From assembly GCA_044340265.1 (NCBI GenBank), contig JBIITW010000003.1, positions 169 through 64,168 on the forward strand: DNA of 64,000 bases. Reading direction: 5' to 3'. Below, piece after piece: positions 1 to 8,280 of this stretch (the stretch's first letter is position 1; each line of letters begins with the position of its first letter). This DNA comes from Burkholderiales bacterium. GTDB lineage: Bacteria; Pseudomonadota; Gammaproteobacteria; Burkholderiales; CAIKXV01. A model generated the notes under the pieces. That model had not been told where the DNA came from. It was given only the letters and a program-made list of their open reading frames with translations, and did not search any database. Both the position numbers and the translations under genes were made by a program.

Positions 1-700
1 CCCGCTTCTCGAAAGCCGCGGCGCGCGGGGCGTAGTAGCCGCCGAGCGACACGCCCCACAGCGCGGTACGACCATGGTCGATGTCGCTGCGCGTCTCGAG
101 CCAGTCGAACACCGCCTTCACCGGCACTTCGTAGTCGCCGCGGATCGGGAACTCGTATTCCGCCTCGCCCTGCCCCGGGCCGTCGAAGGCCAGCGTCGCG
201 ATGCCGCGCTCGAGGAAGTTGCGCTCGTACGCGTCCATCTCCTCTTTGCAGGAGTCGAGGCCCATGCACATCACCAGCACCGGCGGACGCACGCTGCCGG
301 CCGGCTTGCGCAGTTCGCCCTTGAGCGTGGTACCCATGAACGGGATCTCGACCCGCTCGCCCGGCGGGTCGATCAGCGGCAGCGCCTTGCTGCGCGAGGC
401 CACCGCCTTCATGTGTGCCCACTTCATCTGTTCGAGGTCGTCGACGAACACGAACTTGGCGAAGTGGTGGCAGACCGCGGCGCGCGAGAAATGCTCGCCG
501 GCGGAAAGCCTGTGGCCTGCAGCGAGGTCGGCCTCGCCGAGCTGGTCATGCACGTCGCCGCGCGCGACCCACGCCTTGCACCAGTCGCCCCAGGACGCGA
601 GGCTGCCGGTGACATCCTGGAAATCGGTCAGCGGAATGCCATTGGCGATCAGGCGTGGCGCCCAGTGCGCAAGCGCGGATTGCAGTTGTGAATCGGCCAT
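1..700 (-). CDS. alpha/beta hydrolase (DUF1100 / dihydropseudooxynicotine-hydrolase-like); 3' end lies beyond the window
   Basis: Absent from the ORF track because it runs off the left edge. Reverse translation from the ATG (698-700) gives MADSQLQSALAHWAPRLIANGIPLTDF...PPVLVMCMGLDSCKEEM...ALWGVSLGGYYAPRAAAFEK, with a GxSxG nucleophile elbow. GGAGAGGAGA lies 8 nt upstream of the ATG. Confidence 0.8.
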   Translation of the reverse strand, partial: MADSQLQSALAHWAPRLIANGIPLTDFQDVTGSLASWGDWCKAWVARGDVHDQLGEADLAAGHRLSAGEHFSRAAVCHHFAKFVFVDDLEQMKWAHMKAVASRSKALPLIDPPGERVEIPFMGTTLKGELRKPAGSVRPPVLVMCMGLDSCKEEMDAYERNFLERGIATLAFDGPGQGEAEYEFPIRGDYEVPVKAVFDWLETRSDIDHGRTALWGVSLGGYYAPRAAAFEKR

Positions 701-825
701 CGTCCAGGTCTCCTCTCCGGCGGCTTGGGTCGCTTCGACGACGATCTCGGGACGGGACGGTGCCGACGCTCGCAAGGACCGGGAATGCTAGCCGCGCCCT
801 CCCCCCAGCGTCAACCAGAAACGGG

Positions 826-850
826 ATTGGTTCGATGCTACTGAACCAAT
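826..850. promoter_or_regulatory. inverted repeat ATTGGTTC-N9-GAACCAAT, candidate GntR-family operator
   Basis: Perfect 8-bp arms at 826-833 and 843-850, in the divergent intergenic region between the hydrolase gene and the GntR gene. The same half-site recurs at 947-968. Confidence 0.4.
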
Positions 851-946
851 ATGGCCCGTCCGGCAACGTGCGCCGTCCCTAGGCGATCAGGCGCTCGCTT
901 TGCTGCATTGCACCACCATTGCGGCGGTGCGAGATATGCCCGGGTT

Positions 947-968
947 GAACCAATCGGCACATTGGTTT
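947..968. promoter_or_regulatory. inverted repeat GAACCAAT-N6-ATTGGTT(T), candidate GntR-family operator
   Basis: Arms at 947-954 and 961-968 pair at 7 of 8 positions. It ends 16 nt upstream of the GntR start at 984 and shares the GAACCAAT half-site with 826-850. Confidence 0.4.
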
Positions 969-983
969 AGTTTCGACCGGACC

Positions 984-1664
984 ATGGCGCCGCCAAAACA
1001 GCCTCGAGCATCCACCCGCGAATTGCGCGCCTTCCTGCTCGCACAGACGCTCGCCCCGGACGGCCCGGGGCGAAAACTGCCGACCGAACGCGCGTTCGCA
1101 TCGAGCTTCGCCCTGCCGCGCAATGCGGTCCGGCGAACCCTGGCCGACCTGGAAGCCGAAGGCCGGATCCGCCGCGAGGTCGGCCGCGGCACCTTCATTA
1201 CCTCTGCGCCGGCGCCTGCCACGGCCGACCTGCCGAACGTCGCGCGCGCCAGTCCGGGCGAGCTGATGGATGCGCGGCTGCGCATCGAGCCTGCTGCAGT
1301 CGAGCTGATCGTGGTCAACGCCACCCCGGCCGACTATCAGCGCATGGACCATTGCCTCGACCGCGCCGAAGCCGCGGTCACGCTCGGAGAATTCGAGCTG
1401 TGGGATGCAGCGCTCCACCAGGCAATGGCAGCGGCGGCACACAACGCATTGATCGCGGGCATCTTCGAACTGTTCCACGCAGCGCGGCAGCAGACCGAGT
1501 TCGGCAAGCTGCGCGACCGGATCGTCACCGAAGCGCTGCGGCTGGAGTACCAGCGGCAACATCGTGCGATCGTCGCCGCGCTGAAGGCGCGCGATGCTGC
1601 CGCGGCCCGTGCGGCCGTCGTGGCGCACCTGACCTGCGCCCACCGGAACCTGTTCGACGGCTGA
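984..1664 (+). CDS. GntR family transcriptional regulator (FadR/FCD subfamily)
   Basis: ORF 900..1664. N-terminal winged-helix motif KLPTERAFASSFALPRNAVRRTLADLEAEGRIRREVGRGTFI, followed by a helical FCD-like C-domain. Start taken at MAPPKQ (984); the upstream part looks non-coding. Confidence 0.85.
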   Translation: MAPPKQPRASTRELRAFLLAQTLAPDGPGRKLPTERAFASSFALPRNAVRRTLADLEAEGRIRREVGRGTFITSAPAPATADLPNVARASPGELMDARLRIEPAAVELIVVNATPADYQRMDHCLDRAEAAVTLGEFELWDAALHQAMAAAAHNALIAGIFELFHAARQQTEFGKLRDRIVTEALRLEYQRQHRAIVAALKARDAAAARAAVVAHLTCAHRNLFDG

Positions 1665-1679
1665 GCCGCACCGAAGGAC

Positions 1680-2165
1680 TCAGCCCGCCGCCGCCGGACG
1701 GCGTCCGAGCCTCGGCCGCAGCACGCCCAGCACGACATTGAGCAGGGACAGCAGCAGGATCGTCCACAGGCCGATCCATTCGGTGCGCAGCAGTTCCGCC
1801 ATCAATGCCGGATCGGCCTGCCCGTCGACAGCCGCAGCGGACAGTTCAGCCGCGCGGCGCGAGGTCCCCTGCACCGTCACCAGCGTGCCCTCGAGCAGCC
1901 CGATGCCGGTGAGCGCCTTCGCCCACACCCAGCGCGCCTGGCAGAACGGATAGTGCACCGCCATCGCCAGCAGGCCGCTGAGCAGCACGATCAGCAGCGA
2001 CGGCAGCAGCAGGTACTTCGACACCGCGAGGATCGACTGGCGCACCGCCGCGTATTCGGCCAATGAAGTGTCGGGCGCGGTGATGACCAGGATCAGGTGC
2101 GCGGCCAGCGCGCCGGTCATCCCGATCCCGCCGATCTCGTGCATCAGTTTCAGGAAACGCTTCAT
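1680..2165 (-). CDS. small integral membrane protein (DUF2269-like)
   Basis: ORF 1680..2291. From MKRFLKLMHEIGGIGMTGALAAHLILV it has four hydrophobic helices. Start chosen at MKRF (2165). The DUF label is from memory. Confidence 0.65.
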   Translation of the reverse strand: MKRFLKLMHEIGGIGMTGALAAHLILVITAPDTSLAEYAAVRQSILAVSKYLLLPSLLIVLLSGLLAMAVHYPFCQARWVWAKALTGIGLLEGTLVTVQGTSRRAAELSAAAVDGQADPALMAELLRTEWIGLWTILLLSLLNVVLGVLRPRLGRRPAAAG

Positions 2166-2229
2166 CCCGTCCGCTCCACCCGCGAATCGCTGCGGGTGGA
2201 GTGTAGACGTGTGCGTCCGGCCCGAAGTG

Positions 2230-2255
2230 GAAAACCCCGCCTGCGCGGGGTTTTC
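2230..2255 (-). terminator. intrinsic terminator hairpin downstream of the PEP-CTERM gene 2296-2955
   Basis: GAAAACCCCGC-CTGC-GCGGGGTTTTC: an 11-bp stem with flanking A/T runs, 41 nt after the stop at 2296. Confidence 0.75.
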
Positions 2256-2295
2256 GATGCTGCCGATGCACGGCCCCGGAGGGCACTGCATTCGA

Positions 2296-2955
2296 TCAGG
2301 CAGTGCGCCGGCGTGCGAAGAAGCCGAACAGGCCGAGGCCGGCCGCCATCAGCGGCAGCGCTGCGGGAACCGGCACCGTGGCTACCGCGGCAGACTCGAC
2401 GCCGAGGATGTCGAACGCCCAGGCGTTCGTACGCGCGTTGTAGGTCGTGTTGCCACTGACGTCGCAAAAGGACGGGACGTTTGCGCATGTCGACTGGAAG
2501 GCAGCCGACCCGGTGAAATTTCCCTGTCCCGTGCGGGTAAAGCCGTCCGACAGGTTCGGTCCGATCGAGAAATTGTCGAACTGCATGACCGCCGCAGTGT
2601 ACTGCCCGGCCGCCAGGTTGCCGATCTCGAGGTAGGTATCAAAGCGGGCGCCGCTCAAGTCGACCGCCACGTTCGAGCCACCGTCGTCGTTCTGGCCGAT
2701 GCGCGCACCGGTCGAATCGAACAGGGCGAGGATCGGGTCGAAGCCGCCCCGGGCGATGGTCGCACCCGCCGCGTTCACCCCGCCCGCATAGGACCAGGTA
2801 CGCAGCAAGACGTTGGGCGATGACGCCCCGACGTTGAAGCTGAACAACTGGACGTCATCGTCCTGGCGGAAGGAGCCAGTGAAGGAAAAGTCGGCGGCCT
2901 GGGCTGCACTGGAACCGAGCAGCGCGGCGAACGTAAGCGTCTGGATGATTTTCAT
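2296..2955 (-). CDS. PEP-CTERM (VPxPA-type) sorting-domain secreted protein
   Basis: ORF 2296..3171, start at MKIIQTLTFAALLGSSAAQA (signal peptide; GAGAGG RBS). C-terminus is VPVPAALPLMAAGLGLFGFFARRRTA, i.e. motif + TM + Arg cluster. Confidence 0.9.
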   Translation of the reverse strand: MKIIQTLTFAALLGSSAAQAADFSFTGSFRQDDDVQLFSFNVGASSPNVLLRTWSYAGGVNAAGATIARGGFDPILALFDSTGARIGQNDDGGSNVAVDLSGARFDTYLEIGNLAAGQYTAAVMQFDNFSIGPNLSDGFTRTGQGNFTGSAAFQSTCANVPSFCDVSGNTTYNARTNAWAFDILGVESAAVATVPVPAALPLMAAGLGLFGFFARRRTA

Positions 2956-3281
2956 TCGAACCTCTCGATCGGGTTGTACCGGCGTTCCTCGCCGGAATCC
3001 GGAAAGCGGATTGCGAAGTGACAATGCGCGACGGACGCTTTCGAGACTGTTCGCACGTCTGCTTTTTTGCAAGTTGGCAGACCGTATTGGATAGTCCATT
3101 CGGACTAATCTCGACTGAATAAATCTCCCGCCTCTGCGTTTCTGACGAGCCTGAAGCCGCCAGGCGTCCAAACGCTCAAGCGTCGCTTCCCCTCATCACT
3201 TCGCGCGCCTGAACGAGACGAACATATCTGTCAGCAGGCGCGGCGCCCCCGTCGATGTGCGGGGCCGCCGCCGGTCGTCCG

Positions 3282-3881
3282 CTATTGCGGCGGCTTCACG
3301 CCGGCCTTCTCGGCCTGGATGCGCAGTGCCGTGATCGTGTTGTCCGGGCCCACCTGCGCCGCCACGATCACGTAGACGCCGGGCGCAAGGGCGGACCGGT
3401 CGGCGGGATCGAAGGCAACGACTGGCGTGCCGATCGGCACCCGCACCCGCTGCATGCCGTCCTTGTAGACCATCGTCAGGTCGCCGCCGCTGCTGGTCTG
3501 CACGTTGGCTTCCAGATAGGCGTTGGTCATCGAGGCACCCGGCTCGAAGTCAGACTCCGTGTGGCCCTCGCGGGCGGTCTTCGGGATCATGTGCAGGCCA
3601 CGCGCGACCAGTACACCGTCCGGTCCCTTGACCGCGGTGATGCCGACGAACGCGTTCTTCGGCAGGTCGGCGAGCTTCAGCGCACGCGCGGTGGCAACGG
3701 TGGTCTTGTCGGTCATGCGCATCTTCATCGCCGTCCCGTCCCGGGACTTCAGCGACAGCACATCGCCATCGATGGCAGCGATCGTCGCCCGGATGCGAAC
3801 GTTCTGCGGCGCCTGCGCGAACACGACAGCGGAGGTGCACAGCAGCAAGACGACCGCCGCGAAACGGAAGATCGCATTCAT
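3282..3881 (-). CDS. secreted hypothetical protein
   Basis: C-terminal 199 aa of track ORF 3282..4862. Starts MNAIFRFAAVVLLLCTSAVVFAQA (signal peptide). Its ATG overlaps the stop of the upstream hydrolase gene (ATGA at 3878-3881). Confidence 0.75.
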   Translation of the reverse strand: MNAIFRFAAVVLLLCTSAVVFAQAPQNVRIRATIAAIDGDVLSLKSRDGTAMKMRMTDKTTVATARALKLADLPKNAFVGITAVKGPDGVLVARGLHMIPKTAREGHTESDFEPGASMTNAYLEANVQTSSGGDLTMVYKDGMQRVRVPIGTPVVAFDPADRSALAPGVYVIVAAQVGPDNTITALRIQAEKAGVKPPQ

Positions 3882-4657
3882 GACAGTGCTCCTTCGATCA
3901 GCGCGACCAGCACCGCGGGTTGTTCCAGCATCGGGCAGTGTCCGCTGCCGGGAATCGCCGCATAGCGCGCGCCGGGTATCAGCCCGGCCATGTGCTCCGC
4001 CAGCTCGGGCGGCGTAGTGCGGTCGAGTTCTCCGCACAGGACCGTGGTGGGCGCGGCCAGCGAGGGCAGGCGATCGACGAGATCGAGTGCCGCCAGCGCG
4101 TGGCAGGCCCGCGCGAAGGCCGCCGTGTCGGCGGTGGCGAGCCGGCGCTTGCGATCGGCGACGACTGCAGGGTTCGCCTGCTGGAACGGCTCCGGGAACA
4201 TGCGCCCGATGGCTGCATCGAGCACCGTGTCCATGCCGCCCTCGGTGACCTTGCCGGCCATCAGGCCGAAGGGAATGCGGCCGGCCTCGGGAAACCCGGC
4301 GTTGACATCCGCGACCACCAGCCGGCGGATACGGCCGGGATTGTCGAGCGCGAACACGGTCGCGACGAATGCGCCGAAGCCGTTGGCGAACAGGTCCGTG
4401 CTGTCGGGCAGCGCCAGCGCGTCCAGGGCTTCGCGCAGGAAGGCGCCATAACCGGCGATGCTGTCGATCGGGCGCGCGGCGCTCGCGCCGTAGCCGGGCA
4501 GGTTGATCGTGGTCACGCGGCGCGACGCTGCCAGCACCGGCGCGATGCCTTCGAACACGCTGGCATCGGTAAGCAGCGAATGCACCAGCACGAGGTCCGG
4601 GCCGCTGCCCCACTGCTGGCATTCGACGGCGCGGCCGGACACTTCGATGACGGGCAT
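3878..4657 (-). CDS. alpha/beta fold hydrolase
   Basis: ORF 3878..4657: MPVIEVSGRAVECQQWGSGPDLVLVHSLL...FANGFGAFVA...GSGHCPMLEQP. Typical of the AB hydrolase-1 family. AGAGGAA RBS. Confidence 0.85.
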   Translation of the reverse strand: MPVIEVSGRAVECQQWGSGPDLVLVHSLLTDASVFEGIAPVLAASRRVTTINLPGYGASAARPIDSIAGYGAFLREALDALALPDSTDLFANGFGAFVATVFALDNPGRIRRLVVADVNAGFPEAGRIPFGLMAGKVTEGGMDTVLDAAIGRMFPEPFQQANPAVVADRKRRLATADTAAFARACHALAALDLVDRLPSLAAPTTVLCGELDRTTPPELAEHMAGLIPGARYAAIPGSGHCPMLEQPAVLVALIEGALS

Positions 4658-4770
4658 GGCGGTTCCTCTGGCTTGCGTTGCGGGCGTCCGCGTCGTGGCG
4701 GACAGGAGGCGATGGTCGTCCTTTGGCGGACGGTGGACAAGGGGGCAGAGAGCGTTCCGGTGGGTATCGG

Positions 4771-4881
4771 ATCGAGGCGATGGGACAGCTTGCGCGGCTC
4801 GTGTCCCCCGCCCCCGGGCGCGTGGCCGCGCCCGGGGGCTCCTCCTTTACCTCACCGCGCAAGCTGTCCCATCCCCTCGAT
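4771..4881 (-). repeat. 111-nt long-stem hairpin element, copy A (core reads on the minus strand)
   Basis: Arms 4771-4797 and 4855-4881 pair at 26 of 27 positions. The 57-nt core (4798-4854) contains the perfect hairpin CCCCCGGGCGCG-TGGC-CGCGCCCGGGGG. The reverse-complemented core is 49/57 identical to the copy B core. Confidence 0.85.
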
Positions 4882-4976
4882 CAGCGCATGTGCGGTGCGC
4901 AGGCCAAAGCCGTGCCGCCATCCGACAATCGTCCAGCGCCACGCAAGCCCTGCTCGCACCGCACGGTGATGGAACA

Positions 4977-5087
4977 GACGCGGGTATCGGGGGGCCGGCG
5001 GCGCGAAGTAAAGGCGGAGCGGCCGGGCGCGGCCACGCGACCGGCGGCGGGGGACATGAGCGACGCCGGCCCCCCGATGCCCGCGTC
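4977..5087 (+). repeat. 111-nt long-stem hairpin element, copy B (core reads on the plus strand)
   Basis: Arms 4977-5003 and 5061-5087 pair at 25 of 27 positions, plus one T.G wobble and one G.A mismatch. The 57-nt core (5004-5060) is homologous to inverted copy A. Confidence 0.85.
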
Positions 5088-5180
5088 CTGGCACCACACG
5101 TGGCAGAGCCCCCGATGCCCAGCACGACGAACGCACGCCGGGGTATCGTCCCACCCCGACCCCACCTGCCGAGACCGTCG

Positions 5181-6725
5181 ATGTCTAAACCTGCCGGGAG
5201 CCCGAGCGGCTCCAACGCATCCATCCCCACCCGCGGCCTGTTCATCGACGGCAGCGAACGGCCTGCATCGTCGCCGGAACTGATCGATGTGTACGACCCG
5301 TCGCGCGGCGAAGTCATCGCGCGCATCGGCCATGCGACCGACGACGATGTCGATGCCGCCGTGCAGTCGGCACGTGCCGCATTCTCCAGCGGGCCGTGGG
5401 CGACGATGACGGTGCGGGCGCGGGCGCGGCTGGTCAACAAGCTGGCCGATGCGCTCGAAGACCATCTCGAGGAGCTGTACCAGCTCGAGACCCGCAACAA
5501 CGGGCGGCCGATCACCGAGACGCGCGCCCAGCTCGGCCGACTGCCCGATTTCTTCCGCTACAACGCCGGCCTCGCGCTGGCGCGCCGCGATGCGGTGATC
5601 CCGGTCGAAGGCGACTACCTCTGCTACACCCAGCGCTCGCCGCTGGGCGTGGTCGGCAACTGCACGCCGTTCAACCATCCGCTGATGATCATGGCAAAGA
5701 GCCTGGCACCGGTGTTCGCCTCGGGCTGCACGACCGTGGTCAAGTGCTCGGAGTACACACCGCTGACCACGCTGCGTCTGGCGCAGATCTTCGTCGACGC
5801 AGGGCTGCCGCCGGGCGTGTTCAACGTGGTCACCGGACTGGGCGCCACCACCGGCAAGGCGCTGGCCGAACACCCCGGCATCGACAAGTTCGTGCTCACC
5901 GGCGGCACCGAGGCTGGCCGCATCTCGGGTGCGCTGGCGGCGCGCCACTTCGCGCACCAGACGATGGAGCTCGGGGGCAAGACGCCGGTGATCGTGTTCG
6001 ACGACTACGACCTCGAACAGGCGGTGAACTATGCAGCGTTCGGCGCCTTCATCGCCGCGGGCCAGACCTGCGTCTGTGCTGCGCGCCACATCGTCCAGCG
6101 CAGCATCCATGACGAGTTCGTCGAGCGGCTGGCACGCAAGGCCGCGGCAATCCGGGTCGGCGACCCGGCGCTGCCCTCGACGCAGATGGGCCCGGTGATC
6201 TCGGCGCGCCAGCGCGAACGGGTGCTGAAGCTGGTGGACATCGCCCGCCATGAAGGCGCCCATGCGGTGACCGGTGGCGGCACGCCCGACCACCTCGAAG
6301 GCGCGCTGGCCAACGGCTACTTCGTGCAGCCGACGGTGTTCGCCGGCGTCACCCCGTCGATGACCATCGCGCGCGAGGAAGTGTTCGGGCCGGTGACCGT
6401 GGTGATCCCGTTCGACACCGAGGACGAGGCCGTGCGCATCGCGAACGACTCGCCCTACGGGCTGGCGGCAGGCGTACGCACCGCAGACGTCGCCCGCGCA
6501 CACCGCATCGCACGCCGGGTCGAATGCGGCATCTTCTGGATCAACGACCACCATCGGCTGGATCCGGCCTCTCCCTGGGGCGGGGTGAAGGATTCCGGCA
6601 TCGGCTCCGAATTCGGCACCGAGTCTTTCGACGCCCACTTCAGCGTGAAGGCGGTGATGACCAACGTGTCGGGCAAGCCGTTCGACTGGTACGGCAGCAC
6701 CGAGGGCACGCGCCGGTTGAACTGA
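5181..6725 (+). CDS. NAD(P)-dependent aldehyde dehydrogenase
   Basis: Last 514 aa of ORF 4503..6725. ALDH hallmarks are present: ELGGKTP, the catalytic Cys region AAGQTCVCAARHIV, and EEVFGPV. Start at MSKPAGS; the upstream 226 aa are Arg/Pro-rich translated intergenic DNA. Confidence 0.9.
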   Translation: MSKPAGSPSGSNASIPTRGLFIDGSERPASSPELIDVYDPSRGEVIARIGHATDDDVDAAVQSARAAFSSGPWATMTVRARARLVNKLADALEDHLEELYQLETRNNGRPITETRAQLGRLPDFFRYNAGLALARRDAVIPVEGDYLCYTQRSPLGVVGNCTPFNHPLMIMAKSLAPVFASGCTTVVKCSEYTPLTTLRLAQIFVDAGLPPGVFNVVTGLGATTGKALAEHPGIDKFVLTGGTEAGRISGALAARHFAHQTMELGGKTPVIVFDDYDLEQAVNYAAFGAFIAAGQTCVCAARHIVQRSIHDEFVERLARKAAAIRVGDPALPSTQMGPVISARQRERVLKLVDIARHEGAHAVTGGGTPDHLEGALANGYFVQPTVFAGVTPSMTIAREEVFGPVTVVIPFDTEDEAVRIANDSPYGLAAGVRTADVARAHRIARRVECGIFWINDHHRLDPASPWGGVKDSGIGSEFGTESFDAHFSVKAVMTNVSGKPFDWYGSTEGTRRLN

Positions 6726-6913
6726 TCCGCAGCGCACATGGATTGCGCCACGATCCCCGCAAGCCTAGACTTTGGATCTCATGCCGCCATGGCGTTGTCA
6801 TCGAATGGTAATCAAGGGAGCCCTTCGAAGGCGTGCAGGCTCCTGCGGCCGCAGTCTTCAAGGCAAGCATCCGCAAGTAGGCAAACCCTGCAGTACCTTC
6901 CCGGGAGATATCG

Positions 6914-7558
6914 ATGACCGTCGCTTTCCGCATGACCCTCGCAACCCTGTCGGCCGTGGCCTGCACCACCGCCTCGGCGGCCACGTTCACCATCGACCAG
7001 CGCAACGATTCGCAGGTGACCTTCAGCGGCCTCACCACCCGGCAGACCATCGGCCAGTCGTTCAGGCCGACCGTCGGTTCGATGAACGCGGTCGAGCTGC
7101 AGATCAACGACCAGAGCCCGTCGTTCATCGACGGGCCCACCGACCTGTTCGTGCGCATCCGCGCCGGCACGATCGGCGGGTCGATCCTGGGCACGAGTGC
7201 GGCGACCAGCTTCGACGACCAACTCAGCGGGGATCCGGTGCTCACCCGGTTCCTGTTCGGCGCGCCCGTGGCCCTGACCCCCGGCTCGACCTACTGGATC
7301 GAGTTCGTCATGGGCGACATCAGCTACCCCGGCAATTTCGGCGTGCTGGCCACCGGCTACGGGTTCGACGGCTACCCGGCAGGCGAACCGTTCGGCGATG
7401 CGCCCGGCTTCAGCGACCCGAGCCTGTTCCCGTTCGACCTCTGGTTCCGCCAGGGCAACGTGGCCGTCGTGCCGGTGCCAGCCGGGCTGCCGCTGTTCCT
7501 GTCGGGCCTGCTGCTCGCCGGCGTCTATGCGCGCAGGGGCGCGCGCCGGAACGCCTGA
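6914..7558 (+). CDS. PEP-CTERM (VPxPA-type) sorting-domain secreted protein
   Basis: ORF 6914..7558. Signal peptide MTVAFRMTLATLSAVACTTASA; C-terminus VPVPAGLPLFLSGLLLAGVYARRGARRNA; GGGAGA RBS. Confidence 0.9.
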   Translation: MTVAFRMTLATLSAVACTTASAATFTIDQRNDSQVTFSGLTTRQTIGQSFRPTVGSMNAVELQINDQSPSFIDGPTDLFVRIRAGTIGGSILGTSAATSFDDQLSGDPVLTRFLFGAPVALTPGSTYWIEFVMGDISYPGNFGVLATGYGFDGYPAGEPFGDAPGFSDPSLFPFDLWFRQGNVAVVPVPAGLPLFLSGLLLAGVYARRGARRNA

Positions 7559-7576
7559 TCGCAAGACCGAAGGAGA

Positions 7577-7600
7577 AACCCGGCATCGCACCGCCGGGCT
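7577..7600. terminator. short GC hairpin between convergent genes (possible terminator)
   Basis: CCCGGC-ATCGCACC-GCCGGG between the stops at 7558 (+) and 7617 (-). The T-tract is weak. Confidence 0.3.
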
Positions 7601-7616
7601 TCCCTCCGGCGCAGGG

Positions 7617-8267
7617 CTAGCTTGCCGCGGGCGCGCCCGGCTGCTTGAGCGGGTGCGCTTGCGCGAATGCCTCCAGCTGCATGCAGTGGTCGACGATCCG
7701 GTTGCAGGCAGGGAAGGGGGACGTGTCGAACTTCGACAACCGGGCGCCTGCCATGTGGGCAACCAGGCAGATGTCCGCGATCGTCGGCGAAGGCCCTGCG
7801 CAGAACGGCCCGGGAACCGCAGACAGATGCTGCTCCAGCGCAGCCAGTGCGGTGAGGCTCCAGTGTTCGAGCCAGGCCATGCGCGAGGGCTCGTCGAGCG
7901 CGAGCACGTCGGTCAGGTAGTTGCGCACGCGCGGCACCAGCAGCGGGTGCGCATCGCAGGCCGGGATCATCGCCAGCGCGCGCACATGCGCCCGGGCGCG
8001 CGGTGACGCCGGCAGCAGCGGCGGGTCGGGGTAGACCTCTTCGATGTACTCGAGGATGGCCATCGACTGGGTCAGCGGCGGATGCCCGTGCTCCACCAGC
8101 GCCGGAACGGCCGACATCGGATTGATCGCGCGGAACGAAGGTTCGTACTGGTCCCCCGAGAAGATGTCGACCCGGTGCTCGCGGTAGTCGACACCCTTCA
8201 GGTTGAGCGCGATGCGCACGCGGAAGGTGGCCAGCGAGCGCCAGAATCCATAAAGGTCGAGGGTCAT
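7617..8267 (-). CDS. maiA: maleylacetoacetate isomerase (zeta-class glutathione S-transferase)
   Basis: ORF 7617..8267: MTLDLYGFWRSLATFRVRIALNLKGVDYREHRVDIFSGDQYEPSFRAINPMSAVPALV, the characteristic GST-zeta N-terminus. Confidence 0.85.
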   Translation of the reverse strand: MTLDLYGFWRSLATFRVRIALNLKGVDYREHRVDIFSGDQYEPSFRAINPMSAVPALVEHGHPPLTQSMAILEYIEEVYPDPPLLPASPRARAHVRALAMIPACDAHPLLVPRVRNYLTDVLALDEPSRMAWLEHWSLTALAALEQHLSAVPGPFCAGPSPTIADICLVAHMAGARLSKFDTSPFPACNRIVDHCMQLEAFAQAHPLKQPGAPAAS

Positions 8268-8280
8268 CCAGGGTCTCCGT

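Noticed and set aside
3092-3107. TAGTCC-ATTC-GGACTA palindrome and a TTGCAAGTTGGCAG segment upstream of the first PEP-CTERM gene, considered as a sigma-54/PrsR-type control region
   Set aside because: The spacing and orientation do not fit TGGCAC-N5-TTGC for the minus-strand gene. No shared motif was found upstream of the other three PEP-CTERM genes.
5089-5105. TGGCAC-N5-GTGGCA as a sigma-54 promoter for the aldehyde dehydrogenase gene
   Set aside because: The -12 element lacks the invariant GC (it reads GTGG instead of TTGC). No enhancer-binding protein gene is adjacent.
4503-6725. A 740-aa ORF suggesting an aldehyde dehydrogenase with a 226-aa N-terminal extension
   Set aside because: The extension is Arg/Pro/Gly-rich. 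It translates the intergenic hairpin elements and overlaps the oppositely oriented hydrolase gene. ALDH homology begins at MSKPAGS (5181).
4881-6737. A 618-aa minus-strand ORF
   Set aside because: Antisense shadow of the aldehyde dehydrogenase gene. It has an Arg/Gly/His-rich, low-complexity composition and no recognisable family. This is typical of high-GC DNA.
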